Virus record (IMG/VR): IMGVR_UViG_3300028833_005988
Location: 16,004-80,003 of that record
DNA length: 64,000 nt
Reading direction: 5' to 3' (one strand)
DNA from: a virus
Taxonomy: Duplodnaviria > Caudoviricetes
Made by a program: the position numbers and the translations under genes. The notes under the pieces are model-generated. The model saw only the letters and a program-made list of their open reading frames with translations. It was not told where the DNA came from and made no database searches. This document shows positions 42,891-53,332 of the stretch, in pieces (the stretch's first letter is position 1; each line of letters begins with the position of its first letter).

Positions 42891-43358
42891 ATGACCATGA
42901 ATTTGCAATCCATGTTGCAGGAGCGCAATATGTCCATGTATCACTTGTCGCGGATCAGTGGTATACCCAAGACAACCGTGATTGATATTTGTTCCGGGAA
43001 AAGCGCCATTGAAGGCTGCACCGCGAAAACGGTTTGGCGTTTATCGCAGGCGTTGGGATGCACGATGGAAGATTTGATGAAAATAGACACAGCACATTAT
43101 GATCCAAAGAGCGGTTTGCCAAAAAGTGACGCTTATCTGGAAAGGGGTCTGCCCGACTATCTTCAAAAATCCATTGCGGCCATGAAAGAATCCTGGCGGT
43201 TGATTGATCAGGGCAAGCAGGATTTACATTGGGATATTTGCTGGAGCGATTTGAATGCTGATATTAACAGCGCAGAAATAGAACAGGAAATATCCGCAGA
43301 TCAAGCCTGGTATCTGCGCAGGAAGTATTTGCGAATGGAAAAGGATGATGAAACATGA
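42891..43358 (+). CDS. XRE-type HTH protein, probable antitoxin
   Basis: SMYHLSRISGIPKTTVIDICSGK; overlaps start of kinase gene. Confidence 0.8.
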   Translation: MTMNLQSMLQERNMSMYHLSRISGIPKTTVIDICSGKSAIEGCTAKTVWRLSQALGCTMEDLMKIDTAHYDPKSGLPKSDAYLERGLPDYLQKSIAAMKESWRLIDQGKQDLHWDICWSDLNADINSAEIEQEISADQAWYLRRKYLRMEKDDET

Positions 43359-44245
43359 TTGACTTCACCAATCTTCCCCGGCGTAACAAGACATATTCTG
43401 GGGCCAATGGTAGCAAGATCGCGGTTCTGTACGAAGGGGAGCAATATATGCTCAAATTCCCTGCCATTGCCCGGAAGAATAAGTATTTAAGCTACGCAAA
43501 TGGCTGCGTGTGCGAATACCTGGGCTGTCATATATTTGAGATCGTGGGAATCCCGGTTCAGAAAACGATCCTTGGCACATTCTCCAGAAATGGTAAAGAA
43601 AAGCTCGTAGTAGCTTGCAAGGATTTCACCGTTCCCGATTATGTCATTCAGGACTTTGCCTCTCTGAAAAACACAATTATTGATTCTGAACACAACGGAT
43701 ACGGCACGGAACTGTCCGATATTTTGACGGCTATTGATGAACAGCAGGCCGTTGATCCCGTCGTGCTAAAGCGGCGCTTTTGGGATATGTTCATTGTTGA
43801 TGCCCTGATTGGGAATTGGGATCGGCACAATGGCAATTGGGGTTTTCTGTACAGCAGCAAAACAGACGAGTTGACATTGGCCCCGGTGTTTGACTGCGGG
43901 AGCAGTCTGTTTCCCCAGGCTGATGAAAATATCATGCGAGCCGTGTTGAATGACCGTTCGGAGCGTGACCTTCGTATTTTCAAAATCCCGCTTTCCGGCA
44001 TCCGGGAGAATGGACAAAAAATCAACTATTTCGACTTTATCCATTCTCTCAAGGATACCGGCTGCAATGAAGCTCTGGAGCGCGTCGTTCCACTGATGGA
44101 TATGCAGAAAATCCGGTTGATGGTTGACAACACCGATTATCTGGATGATCTGCAAAAGCAGTTTTATAAAACGATGCTGGAAGAAAGAAAAGAAAAAATC
44201 TTGGATGCTTCTCTTTCAAAACTGCAAAAGAAAAAGAAGAAGTAA
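43355..44245 (+). CDS. HipA/CtkA-like kinase
   Basis: GANGSK, YMLKF, EYLGCHI, DALIGNWDRHNGNWG, LAPVFDCGSSL. Confidence 0.88.
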   Translation: MIDFTNLPRRNKTYSGANGSKIAVLYEGEQYMLKFPAIARKNKYLSYANGCVCEYLGCHIFEIVGIPVQKTILGTFSRNGKEKLVVACKDFTVPDYVIQDFASLKNTIIDSEHNGYGTELSDILTAIDEQQAVDPVVLKRRFWDMFIVDALIGNWDRHNGNWGFLYSSKTDELTLAPVFDCGSSLFPQADENIMRAVLNDRSERDLRIFKIPLSGIRENGQKINYFDFIHSLKDTGCNEALERVVPLMDMQKIRLMVDNTDYLDDLQKQFYKTMLEERKEKILDASLSKLQKKKKK

Positions 44246-44643
44246 GATAGCTTCTTAAGGCTGGCCCAATGCGCGGTCAGCCTTTTTGATTAGGACAATT
44301 CACTCTTTAGCGCATTTTCCCACCTCCTTCTTTGATGAATTGCTCCTGCTTTCCCGTTCTTCCTGCTACCGGATTGCTTCTTTAGTTGACCGTGCCAAAA
44401 GCTGCTCCAATTCCTTTTTCGGCGCTTTCAAGCTGTTCCTCGATGGACTGCTTTCCATCTGCTGCTTTTGTTTTTAACGCATCGTGTATGACCTTTCGCA
44501 CCCAATAGCGAATCAACATTAACATGGACAAATGCAGCTATTTTCCACTTCTGGCCTACAAGGATTCAGAGAATCCGCCTTCCGCGCAAACGCTGCGGGA
44601 TGCTGTGGATGTGCTGACATTGTAAAGAAAAGAGACGAACTGC

Positions 44644-44910
44644 ATGGATTTGATCAACGACGGCATTCTGTGGCAGCATATTGTTCAGCAGATTTAAAAC
44701 GGCTGTACCGCAGGCCACGGAGCAAAGTTTCACATCTGGACGGACGGCGATATGCTGCTAGTGGACGATGAATGCGCCGCTGAGACCATTGCGGATTTTC
44801 TGGAGATCATGGGTTTCGACACCTGCACCAGATACTATGATCCGAAGGAAGATCGGGAAAGCGGCACAGTCAATGAGTATACCAGCTGGCACTATATCAA
44901 TATTGAATAA
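44644..44910 (+). pseudogene. Small hypothetical gene with in-frame TAA at 44695
   Basis: Frame reads protein-like on both sides of the TAA (…IWTDGDMLLVDDECAAETIADFLE…). Confidence 0.45.
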
Positions 44911-44934
44911 ATCGCCAAGAAAGGAGGAAGGCAA

Positions 44935-45237
44935 ATGCCCATCACACAGGCACAATTATGGAAGCTCAGACTGGAGATCGTGCTGAACTCTCTTTACTAT
45001 AGCGACTACGAAAACTCCCTGGGACTGAATCGCAGGATCGTCTCCGTGTTCTTCTATGGATTCCTGGAGTTTGTGGACGAAGAAATGAAGGAGGATATTG
45101 CCGGCTTTACGGACAACGACTTTTTCCGCCATCTTCCGGCCTATGATAATTCAGAATACCTGTGGCAGTATTTCTGCGGCTTTGAGGAAGTGCTGCCCGG
45201 CTGCTATCCGGCAGGGGAGGAAGAATCGGCAGCATAA
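44935..45237 (+). CDS. Hypothetical protein
   Basis: RBS AGGAGG; IVLNSLYYSDYEN segment. Confidence 0.7.
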   Translation: MPITQAQLWKLRLEIVLNSLYYSDYENSLGLNRRIVSVFFYGFLEFVDEEMKEDIAGFTDNDFFRHLPAYDNSEYLWQYFCGFEEVLPGCYPAGEEESAA

Positions 45238-45313
45238 CTTCTCCTTTTGCAGACACACACCGCACACGCGGCTCTCAACCATGGGAGCCGCTTTTTCGCG
45301 CAAAGGAGGCAGT

Positions 45314-45928
45314 ATGGTTCACGATCATGTGCATATTTCCTATGGCGTTTCCAAGCTGGGTGCGGATATTCCTTCCGTCAATTTACCTGTGGGCTGCACC
45401 TGCCGGAAGGACGCGCCGTGCTTCAAGAAATGTTATGCCCGCCGGGGACGGTTCAGCTTTCAGCGGAACCGCGCTCACCTGCAAACCAACCTGGAGCTTT
45501 GGTACTGCAATCCTCAATTTTTCGAGCAGGAGGTGACCATCGCCGCATTCCGTTCCCGTTTCTTCCGCTGGCACTCCTCCGGCGACATCCCGGACGCGGA
45601 TTATCTGGCCATGATGGTACGGATCGCCCGGAACCTGCATAACACCCGGTTTCTGTGCTTTACCAAAAAATATGAACTTGTAAATGCTTATATTTCGGAG
45701 CATGGCTCATTCCCCGATAACCTGACCGTCGTTCTCAGCGTTTGGGGCACTTTTCAGCCGGAAAACCCTTATCATCTTCCTCTGGCGCATATCCAATTTC
45801 GGAAGGAAGATGCAACTATCCCGGAAAACGCCCGCCCTTGCCCATCCTACTGTGGCGATTGCGTTGCCACTGGCATGAGCTGCTGGGATTTAAAACGCGA
45901 AGAAGCAGTTGTATTCCATGAACATTAA
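45314..45928 (+). CDS. Gp88-like phage protein
   Basis: C...C...CYA motif and FRWHSSGD...TK motif. Confidence 0.7.
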   Translation: MVHDHVHISYGVSKLGADIPSVNLPVGCTCRKDAPCFKKCYARRGRFSFQRNRAHLQTNLELWYCNPQFFEQEVTIAAFRSRFFRWHSSGDIPDADYLAMMVRIARNLHNTRFLCFTKKYELVNAYISEHGSFPDNLTVVLSVWGTFQPENPYHLPLAHIQFRKEDATIPENARPCPSYCGDCVATGMSCWDLKREEAVVFHEH

Positions 45929-46133
45929 CGAAAGAGAGATGCCAATGAATAAAAACGTTCTTGTGACCTCGGACCGGTATCTGGAGCAGTTCTTCTATGC
46001 GCACCGGATTTCTTTTATCCGGCAATATTACGAGAAGGGCCTCACGCACTGGGTATATCCAGCCACACTGCGGTTGCTTGATGTTCTTCGGGAGTATCTG
46101 CAGCTCTCGCAGGTAGAAGGAGGCGCGGTATGA
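45909..46133 (+). CDS. Small hypothetical protein
   Basis: ORF bridging two genes, overlapping stop/start. Confidence 0.55.
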   Translation: MYSMNINEREMPMNKNVLVTSDRYLEQFFYAHRISFIRQYYEKGLTHWVYPATLRLLDVLREYLQLSQVEGGAV

Positions 46134-47080
46134 CCGTTCAGGATTTGATTGCGTTCTTTGAAGCACATGTGGCAGCGGAAGAAGGGCGGCCTGCCACTAT
46201 AGAGCAGTACGGTTCATTTCTGCGGCGATTTGACCGCTATTTACAGGATCAGCATAAGCTGAGCCTGAAGCCGGAGGATATCGGCCGCATCAAGGGCCTG
46301 CACCTTTCAGCCTATTTGCAGGAATTGGCTGCCAAAGACAGGGCGGTCAGCACCCGGAACAACTATATCGTCATTTTGAAACGTTTCTTTTTCTACATGA
46401 AAGGAATCGGCGTGATAAAAAAAGATCCCTCCCAGGTTCTCCACTGTGTGAAAGAAAAAAAGACACCGGAAGTCCTCGAAAAGCAGGCTCAGAAGCGCTA
46501 CACCGCTGAAGAAATCAAAACGCTGATCGAGGCAGTATCCGGTCCACACCCTAAGCATAATGATTTGCGTGACGCCGCTATTATCGCCCTGATCCTGGGC
46601 AGCGGCCTGCGAGCATTTGAGGTCTGTGCCTTGAACATCGGCCAAATGGAGGAAATACGGCAGGGCGACCTGTTCTGCCTACGCAAAAGGGGCAACTGGG
46701 CGCACGTCAGCGTCGCGGACTTCGTGGCTCCTTGCATTGACCGGTATCTGGCCGGACGGAAGGACACGAAGCCGGATGATCCGCTGTTCCTGTCCCAAAA
46801 AGGAAACCGGCTGGATCGGAAAACACTGTGGAAATCTCTTGCGGTCAAGCAGCAGCGTCTGAACCTGAAAACAGGAGTGCATATCTTTCGCCATACCCTG
46901 CTGACCGCTGTAGATCAGGTGGGCGGCTCCGCCATGGCTCGTGACATTGGTGGACATTCTACCGTATATGTCACCAACCGTTATGTTCATACCAGCATGG
47001 AAGAGAGGCAGCAGGCCGTCAATGATACGTCCTTTGCGGAAACGATTATGGAGTCGCTTCCGAAGAAACGGGCTTCATGA
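46130..47080 (+). CDS. Tyrosine recombinase (XerC/D-like)
   Basis: Catalytic R (GLRAFE), K (RKRG), HxxR (HIFRH), H (GGHS), Y (TNRYVH). Confidence 0.92.
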   Translation: MTVQDLIAFFEAHVAAEEGRPATIEQYGSFLRRFDRYLQDQHKLSLKPEDIGRIKGLHLSAYLQELAAKDRAVSTRNNYIVILKRFFFYMKGIGVIKKDPSQVLHCVKEKKTPEVLEKQAQKRYTAEEIKTLIEAVSGPHPKHNDLRDAAIIALILGSGLRAFEVCALNIGQMEEIRQGDLFCLRKRGNWAHVSVADFVAPCIDRYLAGRKDTKPDDPLFLSQKGNRLDRKTLWKSLAVKQQRLNLKTGVHIFRHTLLTAVDQVGGSAMARDIGGHSTVYVTNRYVHTSMEERQQAVNDTSFAETIMESLPKKRAS

Positions 47081-47143
47081 TAGGAAAATGAACGAACCGC
47101 CGCAGATATTCTTTCTGCGGCGGCACTTTGATTGATCATGATG

Positions 47144-47695
47144 TCACTGCTTCAGCTTCAAACCGTCATGAAATGCTTTTCCGACGATTTCGCCTACCAC
47201 TCGGTATGCGTTGGCGGCAGGGTCGAAGATAATGGGACGCAGTTTGCCCAGATCCACCTTGCCGTCGTTGAGGATAGATTCGTCCGCTTGGGAGGCCACG
47301 ATCTCGCCGATGAGATAGCCCGTTTCCGGATTCCAGGAACGCACCTTGCACTCCAGGGTCAGCGGATATTCCTCAATGATCGGCGCATTGACATAAGCGC
47401 TCTTGTGAACATGACAACCGGCTTTTTCAATCTTATTGATCTTTTTTCCAGTTTCCACACCAAAGTAGTCGGAAATCAAGACGGTGTCTGCTGTGCCAAA
47501 TGCAACGGTGAACGCCCCGGTTTTTTCAAAGTTTTCGGTAGTCTTGTGTTTAGACAGCATCAGGGTGATTTCACCCATGTCGCTCTGCATACCCCAGGCC
47601 GCATTCATGGCGTTGGGAGTACCGTTTTCATCATATGTGCCAATAATGAAAACGCCTTCTGGGGTAATGATGGCATGCTTTCCTTCGATTTCCAT
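47144..47695 (-). CDS. Flavin reductase family protein
   Basis: PNAMNAAWG, TTENFEKTGAFTV, APIIEEYPLTLECKV. Confidence 0.9.
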   Translation of the reverse strand: MEIEGKHAIITPEGVFIIGTYDENGTPNAMNAAWGMQSDMGEITLMLSKHKTTENFEKTGAFTVAFGTADTVLISDYFGVETGKKINKIEKAGCHVHKSAYVNAPIIEEYPLTLECKVRSWNPETGYLIGEIVASQADESILNDGKVDLGKLRPIIFDPAANAYRVVGEIVGKAFHDGLKLKQ

Positions 47696-47708
47696 GAATC
47701 TGGCTCCT

Positions 47709-47987
47709 TTACTTTTTTTCTACAGCGTCTTTCATGGCTTTGCCAGGCTTGAATGCAGGAGCTTTCTTCGCGGCGATCTTGATTTTTTCGCCAGTGCGGG
47801 GATTGCGCGCTTCGCGGGCGGTCTTACTCCGTACCTCAAAGGAACCAAAACCGGGAATGATGACTTTACCTTCTTTGACAAGTCCTTCAATGATGGCATC
47901 CAGGGTCGCGTTGACGACCGAGTCAGCTTCTTTCTTAGTGATTTCCGCTTTGGAGGATACCGTTTCGATGAGTTCCCGTTTGTTCAT
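47709..47987 (-). CDS. hup: DNA-binding protein HU
   Basis: MNKRELI...GFGSFEV...ARNPRTGEKIKI...PAFKPGK. Confidence 0.95.
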   Translation of the reverse strand: MNKRELIETVSSKAEITKKEADSVVNATLDAIIEGLVKEGKVIIPGFGSFEVRSKTAREARNPRTGEKIKIAAKKAPAFKPGKAMKDAVEKK

Positions 47988-48019
47988 GGAGATACCCCTT
48001 TCTATTGATCATTTGTTTA

Positions 48020-48478
48020 TTACCACAGTTCGATACTGCCGGTTTCTTCACCTTTGACCCAGTAGGCTTTGTTCTCGTCTACACGGATATAAATCTTATC
48101 CGCAGCCCCGATCTTGGCGATGATTTCTTCCGGTGTAATGGTTCCACCAAGTGGAGACTGGATAATGATTTCGGTTTTCGGCGATTGCGCGGGTGCGTTT
48201 TTTTCAGCCTTTGCCTTGCTTGTGCGCTTTGCTTTGGTCTTGGATTCCGCAGGCGCGTCAGCCTTTGGCGCCTTTGCCTTCTTTGCAGGCTTGAGAGCCA
48301 AATCCACGTTATAGACTTCCTTGATCTTTCCCAATACCTTTTCGCTCGGATTCACCCGGCCCGCTTCATAGGCGGTCACGGAGGCTGTGCTTACGCCAAT
48401 CGTTTTTGCGAAGGCAGCTTGAGACAGTTTCTGTGCGGTACGAAGTTCTTTAATTGTCGGAATCTTCTTCGGCATGAA
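48020..48478 (-). CDS. XRE-family repressor, divergent from the replication operon
   Basis: IKELRTAQKLSQAAFAKTIGVSTASVTAYEAG; Lys/Ala-rich linker. Confidence 0.88.
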   Translation of the reverse strand, partial: FMPKKIPTIKELRTAQKLSQAAFAKTIGVSTASVTAYEAGRVNPSEKVLGKIKEVYNVDLALKPAKKAKAPKADAPAESKTKAKRTSKAKAEKNAPAQSPKTEIIIQSPLGGTITPEEIIAKIGAADKIYIRVDENKAYWVKGEETGSIELW

Positions 48479-48796
48479 TGTCATCCTCCCTTTATTCTTT
48501 TGACTTCATTATACATAAAGCATTTAAGAATTACAAGGAAAATGTATTTCTTAATCAGTTGTTTGAGGGGGTATGGCATTTTTTTCGTATTGGATACATG
48601 AATAGCATAGTATACAGACGCTCTCACTGTGAAAAAAGTTCCCCATTGTTTCGTCCTTTCCGTCTCGTTATAATAATGCGCATCCGGCACAAAGAACGAG
48701 TGTTACTCACAAAATTATTTCTATTGGAGGAGCAAGTTTTGGCCAAAATGGTATCTCTTATATAATGAAAACCAAAATGAAAGGGAGGAATCGACA

Positions 48797-49831
48797 GTGG
48801 CTATTCAAATAGTCAAAGCAAAACGGCAGTTGGCGCGCCTCAAGATTGGAGTGGCTGGTAGTTCCGGCAGTGGAAAAACATAGAGCACGCTGCTCATGGG
48901 TTTCGGTTAGATTCAGGCAGTACATCCTAGCATCTCCAATGAAGCGGCTTGGGAGAAAATCTGCGTTATCGACACGGAAAACGGTTCTGGTAGCCTGTAT
49001 GTTGGCACTGTGGTAAGCAGTACCCGTATCGGGGAGTACCTGACCATCGCTCTGGACGCTCCGTTCAGCGCGGCCCGATATCTAGAGGCTATTGAAGCGG
49101 CAGAGAATGCTGGGGTGGAATTTTTGATTATTGATTCCCTGTCACACGCCTGGTCCGGTGAGGGCGGTCTGCTGGATATGCAAGCGAACATCGCCAAACG
49201 CAGCGGCAACGGCTATACCGCCTGGCGGGATGTAACTCCGCTGCATAATAAGCTGGTGGACAAGATCCTGCAATGTCCCATGCACGTGGCGGCCACCCTG
49301 CGCACCAAGACGGAATATGTGATCGAGGACAACGGACAGGGTAAAAAAGCACCCCGCAAGGTGGGTATGGCCCCCATTTTCAGAGAAGGGCTAGAATATG
49401 AGTTCAGCGTGTTCTTTGAACTGGCTCAGGATCATTCCGCGGCAGCCACGAAGGATCGTACCGGCCTGTTTGATGGTCAATACTTCGTGATCACCCCAGA
49501 CACTGGCGCGAAAATCGCGGGCTGGCTGGGCGACGCGGAAAAGAACGCAGCCGCATCGGCAGCGGAAAGGCCGCAGGTGAAGCAACAAAGCCTGGAGCCT
49601 TCTGAACCGTCTCCTGAACCGCCTTCTTCGGATGGAGAGGATACCCAGACCCTGGCTGAAAAGGTAGACATGGTGATGAAAGCCTGCTGCACCGATATTA
49701 CTCAGGAGGAAAGAGAGAAGATCGCCCAGCGGATACGGGCAATTACCGGAGGTACAGCAAACTATCGGGCGATTACTGACAAAAGGATTCTTCAAGCAAT
49801 CTACGATGAATTCAAGGAGGAAACAGTATGA
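48797..49831 (+). CDS. AAA_24-like phage ATPase; 2 in-frame TAG (48881, 48908)
   Basis: Walker A GSSGSGKT*S, VIDTENGS, IIDSLSHAW; frame continuous through both TAGs. Confidence 0.88.
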
Positions 49832-50193
49832 GTGTAAATAAGCTGACCGCAGTTGGACGATTGACGGCAGATCCTGTTTTATCCCAATTCGGTGATGCTT
49901 CCTGCGCGACCTTTACATAGGCATCGGATACACGCACCAAGGATGTGAACGGAGATAATATCACAAATTTCTATCGTTGCAATACCTGGCGCAGAATGTC
50001 TGAAGTAGCCATGCAGTATTTACATAAGGGTGACAAAATTACTGTGGTCGGCGACTTGACCATTCGGCAGTATAAAGATAAAAACGGTATGGATCGAACT
50101 GCTGTACAGATCAATGTCACAGATTTAGAATTGCCAGCCCATAAAACACAGACTACCAATGGCAGTTCTCAAGAAGATGATTTGCCTATTTAA
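49828..50193 (+). CDS. ssb: Single-stranded DNA-binding protein; 1 in-frame TAG (49918)
   Basis: VGRLTADP, ATFT*A, YLHKGDKITVVGDL, acidic tail EDDLPI. Confidence 0.92.
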
Positions 50194-50206
50194 GGGGGAC
50201 AAACAG

Positions 50207-50761
50207 ATGAAGCTCACTGCAGAACAAGAAACTCAATTCTTGAATGAGCATGAGAAAAAGATCTGTGATTTTGTCAATCGTTACCAGCGAAAAGCCGGAA
50301 AAAGGTATCCTGACAATACAGAAGATCTTCTACAGGAGGCCAGATAGGCGCTGTTGCTTCTGCTGCGAAATGCAGATAGTTTAGCGGAAGCAGAGCATTA
50401 CTACATCCATGTGACGCATGCTTTATATGAGTATGTGCGCAGAATGGCGGCAGTTAAAATCCCACAAAAGAAGTTTAAGATGGAAATCCGCAATATATTT
50501 CTTTTCTCCCTGGATGTATTCGAATTTGATGCAACATCGTCTTCTTTTGAAGATATGATTATCGGCAATATAGATTATGAACGCTTTTTGAGTTGCTTAT
50601 TACCTTTGGACGCAAAGATGCTGTCTATGAGGATGAAAGGTAGTTCATAGAAAAAAATTGCCAATGCTGTGGGATTATGCGAAAGTCAGGTATGTCGCCG
50701 TATTCATCGTTTAGGCAATCAGTATCGCTGCTTTATGGAAGGCTGTTGCTGTGCAGGCTGA
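50207..50761 (+). CDS. Sigma-70-like factor; 2 in-frame TAG (50345, 50648)
   Basis: EDLLQEAR*ALL (region 2); KGSS*KKIANAVGLCESQV (region 4 HTH). Confidence 0.75.
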
Positions 50762-52541
50762 CATCCTTCGGTTTGCCGCCGTGCACTTGGCTCCTTACCG
50801 GGTGCGCGGGGATGAACTCATCCCGGATTACTGCCCCTTCTGTCACGGCGGCGACAGCGGCGACCGATACACCTTCGCCCTGAACCTGACGGACGGCGTG
50901 TATGTGTGCAAACGGGGCGGATGCGGCGTCAAAGGCCGGTATGAAGAACTGGCAGCCCATTTTGGCGAGTGGGCGGAGTTTCTCCGCCCCGCCGCCTCCG
51001 CCAAAAGGCAGTTCATTCTGCCGGAAGTGGAAATAAAGCCCCTGACCACGGAAATAATTCAGTATTTTGAAAAGCGGAGAATCACCAAAGAAACCTTGGA
51101 CGCGTTTCACATCGGCGCGGACGAAAAAGGAAACATCGTTTTCCCCTTCTTCCGGGACAGCACATAGGAATATGTGAAATACCGGGCGCCGCGCACACCC
51201 CAGCCCAAGGAGAAAAAGGAATGGCAATGTTCCAACACACGCCCCATCCTGTTCGGGATGGATCTATGTTCCTTTTCCCACCCCCTGATCATCACAGAAG
51301 GCCAGATCGACACGCTCTCTCTTTATGAAGCAGGCGTCTGTAATGCCGTGTCCGTTCCAAGCGGCTGCACCAATCTGGATTGGATCGACCATTGCTGGGA
51401 CTGGCTGGAGAAGTTCCAAACGATCATTCTGTTCGGGGACAGCGATGAACCGGGCAAAAAAATGGTGCGTGAGGTGGTTCGGCGGCTGGATGAAGCACGG
51501 TGTATGGTGGTAGAGGAATACCCAGACAAGCCGGACGGCACACCCTGCAAGGACGCCAACGAAATCCTGTTCTATTATGGGCCGGAAACGCTTCAGGAGA
51601 CCTTGGACGCCGCTCAGCCGGTGCCTGTCAAGGGAATCATTCAGTAGTCGGATGTGGTTCCTTACGACCCTACCACCGTTCCACGAATCAAAACCATGAT
51701 CCCGGCGCTGGATGAATAGATCGGCGGATAGGCGGAAGGGGCAATGACGGTGTTCACCGGCAAGCCCGGCCAGGGCAAGTCAACGGTCACGGGACAGCTG
51801 CTTCTGGCTGCTATCGAGCAGGGCTATTCCGTCTGCGCTTACAGTGGCGAGCTGACCAAGGAAAAATTTTAGGAGTGGATTAGTCTCCAGGCAGCAGGTT
51901 CGGAGTATATCGGCCTTCGCTATGATCCCGTGCGCGGCATCAAAATCCCGACCGTGCCGTATGCCGTACAAGAGCGATAGACGGATTACTATCGGGATAA
52001 GTTTTATCTATTCGACAACCAGGAAATCTTTGAGGTCAACCAATCGGAAAGCATCCTGAAGGTTTTCCAGATGGCGGCGCGGAGATACGGCTGCAAGCTG
52101 TTCCTGGCGGATAACCTGATGACCGCCCTGTCCGATTCCGACGAGGAAACCAAGGCCCAGGGCAAGTTTGCCAACGCGCTCAAAAAGTTCGCCACCCGGT
52201 ATCATGTGCATGTGCTGCTGGTGGCCCATCCCCGCAAGGTGAAGCAGGGAGAAAAGCTTGGCCAGGACGACATCGGCGGCAGCAGCGCCACCATCCGTTA
52301 GGCGGACAGCGCCATCGTGGTGGAGCGGCCCAACCTGCGGGTGCTGAAAAACCGGGAGGGCGGGATATGCAGGCTGATCGAGTGCTGCTACTGCCCGGAC
52401 AGTCGCAGGATCTATCAGGCAGACAAGGGCGATAAGAACCGTTTTTCCTGGAATAAGGACGGTATTGTGCCGCCGAATCCCCGGGCGGACAGTTTGCCGG
52501 AGTATTCAGTACAGATGGCAGAGGTGATACAACCGTTTTAA
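50751..52541 (+). CDS. T7 gp4/Twinkle-like primase-helicase; 7 in-frame TAG (51165, 51645, 51717, 51729, 51870, 51978, 52299)
   Basis: Zn finger CPFC...CKRGGC; TOPRIM ITEGQIDTLS, DSDEPG; Walker A GKPGQGKST; ADNLM, VAHPRK, DIGGS. Confidence 0.9.
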
Positions 52542-53326
52542 TGGAGGGAAGCAAGTGCATCATTCCAAATGATATGAAATGGTCGTTCAGCAAATAGCAG
52601 TTGTTTTCTCAATGCCCCTTGGCTTTCAAGCTGCAGTATATCGACCATGTTTCCCAGGAGCAGAACAGCTACGCGGAGTACGGTACGCATTGCCACAGCC
52701 TGCTGGAGCGCTGGGCCAAAGGGGAACTCTTGTCCTTTGAACTGGCGGACAGGTATGAAGCGGAGTACGACGAAGCGGTCAGGCATTACTTCCCGCCCTT
52801 TCCCCAGGGCCTGGCCGGAAAATACTTTGAGGAAGGGAAGCAGTATTTTCTGTCCTTCGACGGCTTCGGAGAAAACATGGAAATCCTGTCCGTGGAGGAA
52901 AAGTTTGAACTGGATATCCGGGGAAATCCATTTGTGGGCATCGCTGATCTGGTGCTGCGGGACAAGCAGGATGGCGGCATTATCGTCATCGACCACAAAT
53001 CCAAGTCCATGCAGTCTATGAAAAAGGAACTGTTCGCCAATACTCGGCAATTGTACACCTATGCCGCGTATGTGAAGGAACGGTTCGGAGAATACCCGGC
53101 TATGCTGCGGTTCAATATGTTCCGCTACGGCACCTTCATCGATGAGCCCTTTTCCATGGAGCGATACCAGGAAACCATGGACTGGATCGATACGACCATC
53201 CAGGCCATCAAGAACGAAAAGGATTGGCGTGTGTCCACCTCCGGCTATTTCTGCCGCTTCATCTGCTCCACCCGCCTGCATTGTCCTGTGGGGGAAGAAA
53301 TCATTCATTCCGAAATAAAGGAGTAA
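52541..53326 (+). CDS. PD-(D/E)XK nuclease; 1 in-frame TAG (52595)
   Basis: WSFSK*QLFSQCP, GTHCHSLLE, GIADL, VIDHKS, QLYTYA, CRFICS. Confidence 0.88.
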
Positions 53327-53332
53327 TCCGCT

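Noticed and set aside
44644-44910. TAA read-through as a second recoding
   Set aside because: Single case; TAA is the normal stop throughout. More likely a point nonsense mutation.
52541-53326. Cas4 / CRISPR adaptation gene
   Set aside because: Context is a phage-type recombination/replication operon with no Cas1 or Cas2.
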